Assembly (NCBI RefSeq): GCF_963506605.1
Contig: NC_083288.1
Location: 32,364,001 to 32,428,000, forward strand
Direction of reading: 5' to 3'
Source: Zootoca vivipara
Taxonomy: Eukaryota
DNA: 64,000 nt
Positions 53,101 to 64,000 of this stretch are shown piece by piece. Numbering within the stretch: the stretch's first letter is position 1; each line of letters begins with the position of its first letter. A program made the translations under genes and the position numbers. A model generated the notes under the pieces. That model was not told where the DNA came from. It was given only the letters and a program-made list of their open reading frames with translations, and made no database searches.

Positions 53101-53937
53101 CTATTGGAGAAACTATATTGGAGAAAGCACATTTATTGTTTAAACCTTAGATTCTCTCCACTATTGATTGTTTAGAGGAAAGTAGTTATTCTTAGCAAAC
53201 CAATACAGCTCATTAATCAACATTTAACCTAAAATGGAGTTTTTGACAACTAAAAAAATAAAGTCTCTGATGATAGGGATAGGATATAAGTATGTGATCA
53301 AATAATTGTAGATGCAATCTAGGGTAGTATACAAAATCATTTCGCTTTATTTTAAAAAATAATAATAATAAGTCCATTCGCCCCCTTTTATGTGTTTAAA
53401 AACATTTTTAAGACTCTGGAACATATAAAAGAGAAGAAAAGACAAAATCATATCACTGAGATTAATTTCCACGGTAAGATGAACCACAACAGATTTCAAA
53501 ATTAATAGATATAAAGTTAGGCAATGCAAGTTTATATTAGTCAGTAAAAGAAATTCATCTTTATTATGTTCGATTATCTTGTTATTGGGAACCAAGAATA
53601 TATCCTTAATTGCATTATTTATACTTTTCTATGTTGAAAATCAGTATGCCACAGCTTTCAGTATTCAGAGGAAGAAGTTAAGAAAAACAGAAAGAGATAA
53701 AGAAAGAGCAACTCCTTACGCAAGTTCTTCGGGCAATGCCTGAGGGGTTTCTTTAGTGAAGTCTAATGCATTGGAAACGATGAAGCTGTGAGAAGCTATG
53801 CCACCAAGAATGAGGTCTCCTGACTGTTGATACTTGTGAAGTGGAGGGTGTGGATCATGGACATGACAGTTCACAATGTGAGTCTTGCATGTCATTTCAG
53901 GAAGCAGTGCCAGCAGCAACATAACAAAAGTCGCCAT
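44176..53937 (-). CDS. V2R gene E, complete 6-exon model, 876 aa
   Basis: Exons 53937-53720, 52863-52572, 51932-51072, 50880-50653, 49576-49450, 45080-44176; GT-AG, open. Confidence 0.93.
45687..46889. mobile_element. Non-autonomous pogo/Tigger-like DNA transposon (contains assembly gap)
   Basis: 22-bp TIR ccgtgtttc(t/a)cacattttaaga, TA TSD. Confidence 0.85.
46308..46494. other. Assembly gap (N run)
   Basis: Run of n. Confidence 1.
46892..47719 (+). mobile_element. Non-autonomous Helitron
   Basis: 5' TCctatataataa, 3' CTAG, subterminal hairpin gcccgtt-atta-aacgggc (47689-47706), inserted between A and T, no TSD. Confidence 0.88.
47222..47680. repeat. 152-bp GC-rich palindromic tandem repeat inside the Helitron
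   Basis: gcagcgcttt recurs at 47274, 47426, 47578. Confidence 0.9.
48417..48919. mobile_element. GC-rich hAT-type element with internal repeats
   Basis: cag..ctg ends, TSD atcagcca/attagcca; absent in C and D. Confidence 0.8.
49746..49895. mobile_element. hAT/Charlie-like MITE
   Basis: TSD gtatagat/gcatagat; deletion derivative of the 54904 family. Confidence 0.78.
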
Positions 53938-54903
53938 CCTGAGTGTGAAGGCAAATCTTCACTTGAGAAACATGACATTCTATCCACAGAAAATCCCTTA
54001 TTTTAATGTCGCCAGCTGATTTAAATGTTCATTCAGTTTTCAAATAGGCCAGAACCCTGAAGTATAAATGCCAATATTCCCTAGCAGTAGTTATAAATTC
54101 TAATGGGTATATAGACTAAATAACAACATTCAATTTCTTTCTTATTCAAATTCCACAGAGGATTCAGCATGCAACATAATTAATTATAGGCATTGCTGTA
54201 ATAACAGAGGGACATAATTACAAAGTCATGTTTGGGGTTCCTCTGTGAAATAGCAGAAGGAAACTTGTTTGTTACTTCTGAAGAATTCCTCATTCCTTCC
54301 ACCTAGTTGAATATCAAAGGATGCTTTTGCTTGAATGAGGTCTTGGATGGTAACTTTTAGGTGAGATCACGGCAATGTGTTATATGTGGGGCTGCCTCTG
54401 AATATGGTTTGGAAACTATAGCTGGTGTAGAATTCAGTGGCCAGGTTGCTCACCAGTGCAAGAAAGTTTGAGCATAAAACACCAAAGCTGGCACAACTGC
54501 CCTGGCTGCACATTGGTTTCCAGGCCAAATAAAAGTGCTGGTTTTGAGCTATTACGCCTTCAGTTGCACCGAACCACAATTTCACAAGGACTGCCTCTCC
54601 CCAAATGTACTGACCCAGACCATGTGCTCATCATCTGAGGCGCTTCTTCCTGTGTCTGCTCCACAAGAGGTTCAGAGGGTGGCAACACGAGAACAGGCCA
54701 TTTCTGTGGTTATTCCCTATTTGTGCAGTGCCCTCTCCAGGGAGGCTCACCTGCTACCATCATTATATATCTTTAGGCATCAGGCAAAATCTTTTCTATA
54801 TAACCAGGCCATTCACATTCATTATTTGGCTAAATTCTCTAAGCCCTTACTCTTAGAGTGTAAGTTGCACAACTCTGATCAAGATGTGTTTTAGATTTTA
54901 AGG

Positions 54904-55153
54904 CAGGGTTTCCCAAACTAAGGCCCGGGGCCCGGATGTGGCCCAGTCGCCTTCTCAATCCGGCCCGCGGATGGTCTGGGAATCAGCATGTTTTTACATG
55001 AGTAGAATGTGTCCTTTTATTTAAAATGCATCTCTGGGTTATTTGTGGGGCATAGGAATTCGGTCATTTTTTTTTCCAAAATATAGTCCGGCCCCCCACA
55101 AGGTCTGAGGGACAGTGGACCAGCCCCCTGCTGAAAAAGTTTGCTGACCCCTG
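54904..55153. mobile_element. hAT/Charlie-like MITE
   Basis: cagggtttcccaaact / agtttgctgacccctg, perfect TSD ttttaagg. Confidence 0.88.
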
Positions 55154-55413
55154 TTTTAAGGGTTTGCAAGATGACTTGCTCTAAATAATTCAGGTTTATG
55201 GCCACATGTATATAAATAAGGAGATCTAGTTACAGAGTGCAAGGGTTTTGTTTTTTCGGAGAGAGCGTGTGTATATATGTTTAAAAGATAGAGAGGTCCA
55301 AAGAAAATTGAGATACAACAGATGTACCAAGAGAATAATTCAAAAACACCCAAACAACCAAATAACCAAATAACCATTGCTTATGCAGACTAGAGCAAAA
55401 CACACCCACACAT

Positions 55414-56001
55414 TTATACAGACTTTCGTCTTATAATCTGTTCCTTATCATTCAGTTCAGGCCTTAAAACAATGATGTAACATTTAGGAGAAAAGATGCA
55501 ACCCAGCACCCCAGCACTGGAGGCTAAGATAGAAAAGATCTCCACAGCTACCATGTACTTCCCCTTCGTGCTCAGGTAGGATGGAATAAAGGATAACCAA
55601 ACACTGCAAAAGACCAACATGCTGAAAGTGATGAATTTGGCTTCATTGAAACTGTCAGGCAACTTCCTGGCAAGGAAAGCCACAGTGAAACTGGCAATAG
55701 CCAGAAAGCCCATGTAACCCAGGACACAGGAAAACATAGTTACAGAACCCTCATTGCATTCTAGAACAATTTCTCCATAAGTTGAGTGCTTATCGACATC
55801 TGGGAATGGGGGAGAAAATGCCAACCACATAAGACAAATGGTTGCTTGAATAAAGGAGCAGGAAATAACAATGGAGTTGGCTAGCCTCTTCCCCACCCAT
55901 TTCCTCATCCTGGATCCTGGCTTGGTGGCCATGAAAGCCAGAATCACTGTGATAGTTTTTGCCAGCACACCAGAAACAGCCACTGAGAAGATGATGCCAA
56001 A
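55414..56001 (-). pseudogene. V2R gene F: truncated exon 6 only
   Basis: Near-identical to the C/D/E 7TM exon from [10 protein letters not shown] to the stop. The first ~320 nt of the exon and its acceptor are replaced by L1. Intron-5 homology only 56826-57052; no exons 1-5 found before gene G. Confidence 0.88.
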
Positions 56002-56810
56002 TGGATTTGGGAAATCCCATTCAAATGGAAAGATGGGAAATGTCTGGAAAACATCATGGAAATTTATGGCGTCAGAGGGAATTAGAGAAAATTCGATCAA
56101 GATGTTTTATAAATGGTACCTGATGCCAGTCAAAATCCATAAAATGTATAAAACTAAAGACAATCGTTGCTGGAGATGGCAAAAGGAGGCAGGGACCTTT
56201 CTACATGTATGGTGGCATTGCGATAAAATAAAACCCTTTTGGAATGAGATATTAGAGGAATTTTTTAAAAAATATTTAAATATATTTTTTTTTTTTTAAA
56301 AAAAACCCCCTGTCTTTCCTATAAGTAATGATAGAAATAGATGAAGAGAAAACCAAACAGGATGAAAAGGATTTTCTGTATGCGGGGGCAGCGGCGAGAA
56401 TTTTAATTGCCAAATTTTGGAAAAAAACAAAAAATCCTGAGTGTTAGAGATTGGCAAGAAAAGGTAATTAGTTATATAGATCTGGCCAAATTGACAAATT
56501 CAATCGGGGGGGGGGGTAGTAATAAGAAATTTAATTACAATTCGGAAATTTTTGGAGAGTATCTGAAAAGAGTTGGGTTTAATTCAAATATTCTGTAGAG
56601 AATCTAGATGAAAAGTAAGGGAAAGCAGTATAAAGGTAGGCAAACCAGTAGCCGAAGACAAGCGGAAGTCGATTTATAGAAGAATCTGCAAGATATTAAA
56701 AGACGGTATTTTATTTACAAGTATTAAGATATGATTTATTTGAATTAGGTATACGAGCTTGATATTTGTTAGTAGATTTCGATATTCGTTAGTAATGTTT
56801 TGTGTTGTCT
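56002..56810 (+). mobile_element. L1 LINE 3' end disrupting gene F
   Basis: [29 protein letters not shown] motif. Confidence 0.9.
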
Positions 56811-57368
56811 AATGAGTTATGAGGCAATGAGTTATGAGGTTTATATTGGTGTCCCAAACAATACAATCCATGCTAATCTTGTATAGATTAAAGTTTATGT
56901 AATCCTGTCATTCCAACAGACTCCAAGCAATGATTCTTCTATGAGATTTGGACATTTTTGAATATATACAACAAAACTTCAAATGTAGTGCTTTACCAAG
57001 GACAATGTTACACCAGGTCCTGATTTTCCTCTGCCATGGCAGTTTATCATGAATAACCATAGGAGGTATGATTGCTCATCTACTGTTCTCACCTGTTTCT
57101 GTGTGATGTTGATTATTGCCAGATTGGTACATAATAAAGTTTTCATTAATTTATGGTTTGGTTGTGGACGAGGGTTCCTGTTTTGCTTGCATAACTGAAA
57201 CCTGAGTATGTGCAGCATTTGCACCGACTTTAGGGATCAGGTGGGGCAGGGCTATGATCCACAGGAGTCCCATCTCCAACACCAGGAAACTCCAGGTGTC
57301 AGGCTGAGAAGAAAGTATCATTCTAACTCCATATCCTGTTTTCAACCAAGTGTAAGAGCAAAGTTTTA

Positions 57369-57905
57369 CAGTGGTACCTTGAGTTAAGAACTTAATTCAT
57401 TCTGGAGGTCTGCTCTTATCCTGAAACTGTTCTTAACCTGAGGTACCACTTTAGCTAATGGGGCCTCCTGCTGCTGCCACACCATTTCTGTTCTCATCCT
57501 GAAGGAAAGTTCTTAACCCGAGGTACAGTGGTACCTCGCAAGACGAATGCCCTGCAAGACGAATTTTTCGCAAGACGAATGCGTCTTGTGATCTGATGGT
57601 GACTCGCAAGACGAATTCGTTTTGCGAAAAATTCATCTTGTGAAACACGGTTTCCCATAGGAATGCATTGAAATTTAATTAATGCGTTCGTATGGGCAAA
57701 AAAAAAAGAAATTTCAATGCATTCCTATGGGAAACCGCGATTCGCAAGACGAATTCTTCACAAAACGAATTGGCTCGCAGAACGAATTAAATTCGTCTTG
57801 CGAGGCACCACTGTACTATTTCTGGGTTAGCAGAGTCTGTAACCTGAAGCATCTGTAACCTGAAGCGTCTGTAACCTGAAGCGTCTGTAACCCAAGGTAC
57901 CACTG
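57369..57905. mobile_element. Tigger-like MITE with nested MITE (57526-57813)
   Basis: Two pairs of cagtggtacc / g(t/c)accactg ends, each with TA TSD. Confidence 0.88.
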
Positions 57906-58559
57906 TATTTAGATGTTACAGATTTCCTTCAGCAAGTCCACAGAGAAATGCAATTTTAATGGTGCATGGCAATCTGAACTAGTTTATAGAGAGAGACACT
58001 CAATGAACGATCTTGAACCTGGTACTCGTCTTTATGCTAATCCTGACCTGGAAGTCTTAACTTGATATCTTGACCTCTTAATACCTGCAGCACACTGATC
58101 CTCTGTTATCAGTAAAGTTTCCTGTAGGAAAGAATGGAGTTTTGCACCTTCCTAAAGTAAAATCATGATTCAGGAAACATACAGATAACCAACATTCCCC
58201 CCCACCCCCCAGTTACTGAATGTATTTTCACTGGTTCCTATATGGCTTCGAAATTCTATTTTCAGTTTTCTTGCTATGTGTATAACAGAGGGGGAATGAA
58301 GAATGAATGAATAAAACCTGGTTTGAGTGATTTCAACATTCATGCTGAGGCTAGTGTCTCTGGAGTAGCTAAAGTCTTAATAGATTTCACAACAGCCTTC
58401 TTTTTTCATTGTATGTGTTTATGTTTGCATTTAAGCCGTGCCAACTCCCCATATACATACATGCATACTTTCACACAAAGTTTTGGATAGTGACAGGATT
58501 ATGGGTGACTTTCAAACATTCACATGCAATTTGATTCATTATATATTTATCTTAGCTTT

Positions 58560-58591
<32 letters not shown>

Positions 58592-58592
58592 G
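58560..58592. repeat. (TTG)n microsatellite
   Basis: Directly visible. Confidence 0.95.
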
Positions 58593-58609
58593 AAATGCCA
58601 CTTAACAGC

Positions 58610-59679
58610 TGTGGTGTTCGCACAGAGCCCCCGGTCGTTCCACAGACTCTTGACCCTGCACTACAACGTCTATTTTCTTCCAATGCCACCAGCCAGGTTT
58701 CCCTGGTAATATATTCAGACTCAGTCAGGTTGTAACGTATTAACAAATATTCCAGTTTATTGTGAACCCAAACAAGTTTTAAATACTTTGAAACACTCTG
58801 GTCCAAGTCACTCTCTCTGTCTCTAACTCACTCTGACTCCTATGCCTCCCACCCACAAGAAACCAACTGAAGGTAGCTGATTTCTGGAATAAGATATACG
58901 ATAAAATGAAAAAAAGTGTTGAAATGCACATTTGAAAAAAGCCCTGAAATTATTCTGTTAAGCTTAATTCCACCTAATATACCAAAATACAGAGTAAATA
59001 TCCTACTTTATGCATGTGCAGCAGCTAGGATCCAAATTGCAATGAAATGGAAAGGAGATATATTACCAATGGTTCAAGAGTGGCAGGAAAATTAGATGGC
59101 GAAACTAATGGCTATAATAAGAAATGTACCCAGGCAAAAAATTATGGAAGAATGGAAATATGTGCAAGAATATTTGGAGAAAGAAAATTTAGGAAATAGT
59201 CTAGTGATGTGCTTAGAATAAAAATATAAGAGGAGAAATTAGTATTTTGTTTAAAATTATGGAAAGATCTACAAATAGGCAAAGTAGGAGATACAGCAAT
59301 GGAGAAAGATTATACATAAGTGTGTTGTAAATAATAGGAAGTAATTCCCCCCCCCCTTTTTTCCTTTTTCCTTTTTTCCGTTTGTGCATATGTATTTTTG
59401 TGTTTATATGTGAATGTGCTTTTCTTTTTTTATGTTTCTTTGACCTTTTATTGTATTCTTGATTTTTGTAATTTTTTAAAATTATTCGAATAAAGTATTT
59501 TAAAATCTCAAAAAAGAAACCAACTGAACTGACTGTCTCTCTATTTCCAACTGTCTAAACCTCTGACTAAGCCTTTTAAAAACAGGTATGCTCCACCTCT
59601 AGGCTTTTCTATTGGTCTACCTATTAACCCTTCCTCTTCCCCTGTACAGAGATTTCCGAAAGAATGGGCAAACGCCACA
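58610..59679 (-). mobile_element. Solo LTR with nested L1 3' fragment (58872-59513, + strand)
   Basis: tgtggtg...cgccaca ends, TSD acagc/tcagc; L1 flanked by 15-bp TSD aagaaaccaactgaa. Confidence 0.85.
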
Positions 59680-59714
59680 TCAGCAAACAGCAAAGACTCA
59701 GAAATATACATTCT

Positions 59715-62700
59715 TCAAGGCTTCCTTCTTATTAGCTGTTCCCGGTTGTTCAGCTCAGGTCTCAGCAAAATAATGTAACATTTGGGGGGAAAGATGCAAC
59801 CCAGTAACCCAGCACTGGAGGCTAAGATAGAAAAGATCTCCACTGCTACCATGTACTTCCCCTTAGTGCTCAGGTACGATGGAATAAAGGATAACCAAAC
59901 ACTGCAAAAAAGTAACATACTGAAAGTGATAAACTTGGCTTCATTGAAACTGTCAGGCAGCCTCCTGGCAAGGAAAGCCACAGTAAAGCTCACAAAAGCC
60001 AGGAGCCCCATGTAGCCCAGAACACAGTAAAACATAGTCACCGATCCCTCATTACATTCTAGTACAATTTGTTCAGTCAATGAGTGCATGTCAGCATCTG
60101 GGAACGGAGGATTGGTGACCAGCCACATGATGCAGAGGCCTACTTGAACAAAGGAGCAGGAAAAAACAATGGTGTTTGCCAGTCCTTTCCCCACCCATTT
60201 CCTCATCCTGGATCCTGGTTTGGTGGCCAGGAAAGCCAGAACTACTGTGATGGTTTTTGCCAACACGCAAGAAACAGCCACTGAGAAGATGATGCCAAAA
60301 GCAGTTTGCCGGAAGAAACATGTCACATTGTGAGGCTTGCCAATAAATAGCAGAGCACTCAGGAAACAGAGCAGAAGTGAAATAAGAAGGGTGTAGGTGA
60401 GGTTCCGGTTGTTGGCTTTGACAATGGGAGTATCCTTCCACTTTACAAATATTCCCAGCACCAAAGCTGTGATCAAAAAAAGGCAAACAGCAAAAGAGGC
60501 TAAGATGATCCCCAAAGGTTCTCCAAAAGTCAAGTAGCTGATGCGCTTAGGAATGCAGAGATCCTGATTTTTATTTGGAAAAGTTTCAGCTGTGCATTCA
60601 TAGCAGTCGCTCAGGTCTGAAAAATAAATCTCACTCTTAGATATGTGTATTGAATTTATTCAAAATACCCTAACTGTTCATCATGCACAGATACAAGGGA
60701 TTTATTCATCATTTGTATTCCACCTTTCAATTTAAAAAAATGTTAAGACAGATACTAGCAAAAAATGGGGAACAATAAATTAGATTCTTATTAAAATGAA
60801 ACTTACCATTTTGCATTTGAGTATGACATTTATTTTCATCAAAAATATTTGAAGACTTAAAAAAAGTCATAGCTTTTGCAAATGGCATGACTCACTTTGT
60901 TAGTGGTTGCAAAAAAAGAAGAAGTCAAAAGTGAAACTGAATGTGAAATATTGAGCAGAGGTGCCTCCAATCATTACCCAACATCCCTCTTTTGGTGTCA
61001 ACTTACCAATGTATCTCAGCAACCATCCAAAATGGCTAAGAAAGAAAACAAGGAATGAATTCTTTGACCTGAATCCAAATTGAAATAGTATGGGACTTTT
61101 TGTACAGTTGGTTAAGGTTTTAATTTGAAATTGTACTCTGTCCTCAAATATCACCAGAATAATATTTTTCTTTAATTTGCCATCCAGACCTACCAAATCA
61201 TTCTAACTGAACAAAGATTTGTATGGAACTTGTAAATTAGGGCTGCCAAATGTCCAGGTTTTCCCTATGTATGGCAACCCTATGTAAATATCAAAGAAAA
61301 GCAACCCCAGAATTCATGTTTTCCCAAATTACATCCATCCTTTGTAGATTGTATTTATTACCCTCACGGTCTGAAATCTTCCCTTCTGGACATGGAATGC
61401 AATCATAGCAGCAAAATGGTTCCCCCTCCTTCACTTTCTTGCTAAAACCAGGGTGGCAGCTGTCAGTACAAACTGAGAGTGGACGAGTCTAAGAAGGCAA
61501 ATGAAAGAGAATAGCAGTTTTGAGAACAATGCACTTTGGTAAGCCCAAAGTGCATTGTTAAATTCTGAGCAGGTAAAAGCACTAATGCACTCTTTCTTTG
61601 ATTATATTTCTATGCAGCTTTTCATTGAAATGAATCAGAAAGTGGCTTACAAACCCTAAATAACAACAACATGATAGAACATAATAGAACACCACAACTG
61701 CAACATAAATCATATAGAATAATTATCATCTGTGAAAGACTTAAAAAAGCAACAACTAAAAAATAAGCTAAACATTACAATTAAAGGAAAAGTCATATTA
61801 TATGATTAACTAATCAATATAACATTAATAGCAGCCAATAATAAACTAAGCACTAAGCACTAAGTTCATATACACACACACACTCCAAACCATGATGACT
61901 CATAATCCTTCAATCTATTCATCTCATTAAGATACACATAACATCCATGGCAGCAACTCCCTTCTGAAGGTTTCCTGCCCTGGTGGTAGGGCAGCACTGG
62001 TGATGGCCAACACAGAATCACTCTCCATTTACAATTCTTCCTCTGGGAATATCTCCCTTATGAAGGATTCTAAGGCTGGAGGATGGGGGAAAGCCATTAC
62101 CTACTGGCCAACACACAGTCTCGTTCTCCTCTGGAAAGAGCTCCTACCATGGTATTTGATATAATAACCAGTGTAAATTTGTTCTCTTGCAACAAAAACA
62201 CCAAAGTACCTTTCACACCTTAAACATTAAAAAAAATGTATTTGAGGACAAACTTTTGTGGACTTATTTCACAAAAGGCTTGAACAGTTATCACAAGTTG
62301 CTGGAGGCTGGGGAATTATAAAATGTTACTTCAGAGATAAATGAAATGCAGAAAACCCCCAAGAAATTCACATTACACAGGAGGGCAGCAGCCATATAGG
62401 GATCAACGCTCAGTTTCTAAACTGTTAACAGCAGCAATTTACCTGGTTAAACCAGCTGTGCCAAATTATGGCATCTTCATTGATAGTGAACACTTGGTCT
62501 GGAGGAGCCTCAGGATCTAACTGGCCAATTTTCTGTTTAGTTTGGTTTGATGAAAAAATCCAGTTGATGACATCAAATCTAGCCATTAGCTCCCCGTTCT
62601 GGTTAAAGGAAACTGTGTCCCCAGCACTGTTGTTAAATGAGACAGTTCTCAGGGAATGATGGACCTAAATTGAAAAAGGAAAGGGTAGATTGGGAGAAAT

Positions 62701-64000
62701 GCTGTTACTTATCTTCATTGCAAATTCATACACGATTATCTAAGACTATGTCCAGGGGCAAACTTCAGTAATATGGCAGCGTGCGCAAGGGCAAAATTCA
62801 GTGCTCCCAAAATATTTCTTGTTTTAACAATAATTCATTCTTATTCATTATTCTTTTGTGCCCCCGTCGGCTTGGTGCTGTGTGTGGGAACCGGCTGCAC
62901 TGCCCTAAATTCAGTGCTGCTATGTCCCTTTGAACTAAGTAAAATTGGCCGCTCTATGTATAGTTTTGATTGCCTCATATTCAACTGATCACTGTGCTCC
63001 CTCCAATGACACACACTAGAGAGGTGCAGGAACTGTATTCCAGTGAGGTTCTGCTGGGGGGAAAAGCCCTGTGCAGACATATATACTGTGCTTATGTTAC
63101 ACGCAGAGATTGTGGAGAAAAAATAATTTAATTGTAGAGAGTGGAAAGAGGGTGAAAATGTGAACACTGATATAGTTTGGGGAGACATTTAGTACATGGA
63201 TTAAGGTATAGTTGGACTGAAAAAAGTGTGCACTGCCATATGAGCATGTTAAGCATTTGGTTTTGATTATTACATTTATACACCACTTTTCCTCCCAAAA
63301 TAGCTCAAGCTGGCAAAGAATTCCTACATTACCTGCCATGGATGTAGATTCTGAAGCTTCAGTCTCCCTCCATTCACCAACTCCATGAGTCTAGAGGAGG
63401 ACATGGCATGCAAAGCATGGGCCACTGCATAGATAGCATTGTAGATGCTGTAGCTGTGGCCAATCATACTCATTTCAAAAAATGGTGCCGTAAGGCTCTC
63501 CACCTTCTCTTCCTCAGTGCAAATGTCCCCTTCCACCTCATCCATATCTTGATGCAGAAACACACAGCTAAAGGCATTTCGCCAGAAGTTCCTGATGAAG
63601 CCATCCCCTGCCGTGTTAGAGGGTTTTCTGCTCTCCACAAATTGGTGAAAATGTGGAAGATCACTGGAGTGAATTTGTAAGGATATGGCCCCAGGGAAAA
63701 TTTGCATATCCCAATCCTTCTGAAAAACAAATGAAGTGAGCTCCACCTGGGCTGTTCTGATCCACACTTTGCCTTTTGGATAAGCTGACACCTGCTTTTC
63801 TTCTGACAAAAATGGGAAAAATCTAAAAAATGCCATGGAATAAGATGGCCCATATGCCACCATAGCACTGGCTTTGCTGGCCATGACTTTGGCATATATT
63901 TTTGCCCCATGGTCAAGAATCTCTTTAACATTGGGGACAAAAGTTAGTGTGGGGATTCTTACTATGAAATCAAAACAGACGCCATTCTGGGAAAACATTG
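59715..64000 (-). CDS. V2R gene G, 3' part (exon 3 partial to exon 6)
   Basis: Exons >64000-63333, 62664-62443 (222 nt), 61488-61362, 60616-59715; GT-AG, in frame, CRD cysteines and 7TM motifs intact. Confidence 0.92.

Noticed and set aside
56002-56100. N-terminal extension of the 228-aa ORF as a novel receptor start
   Set aside because: Antisense L1 sequence with a non-ATG start.

Overview
Eukaryotic genomic DNA, almost certainly from a squamate lizard (lacertid-type Sauria SINEs, Bov-B, L2, L1, Penelope). The window is a minus-strand tandem cluster of vomeronasal type-2 receptor (V2R, class C GPCR) genes with the canonical 6-exon layout. It holds four complete open gene models of 876 aa each (B, C, D, E), two genes cut by the window edges (A, G), an exon-6-only pseudogene (F) and an exon-1 relic. 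C/D/E/F and the relic are recent duplicates with a period of about 11 kb. Introns and spacers carry many datable TE insertions. The most unusual items are: a Penelope-type palindrome with a hammerhead core that duplicated a V2R splice acceptor; a Neptune-type Penelope element with a 3' hammerhead and an ATG-less RT frame behind a possible -1 slippery site; a non-autonomous Helitron made of 152-bp doubly palindromic repeats; and signs of gene conversion, local inversion and asymmetric divergence among the paralogs. All alignments were done by eye.
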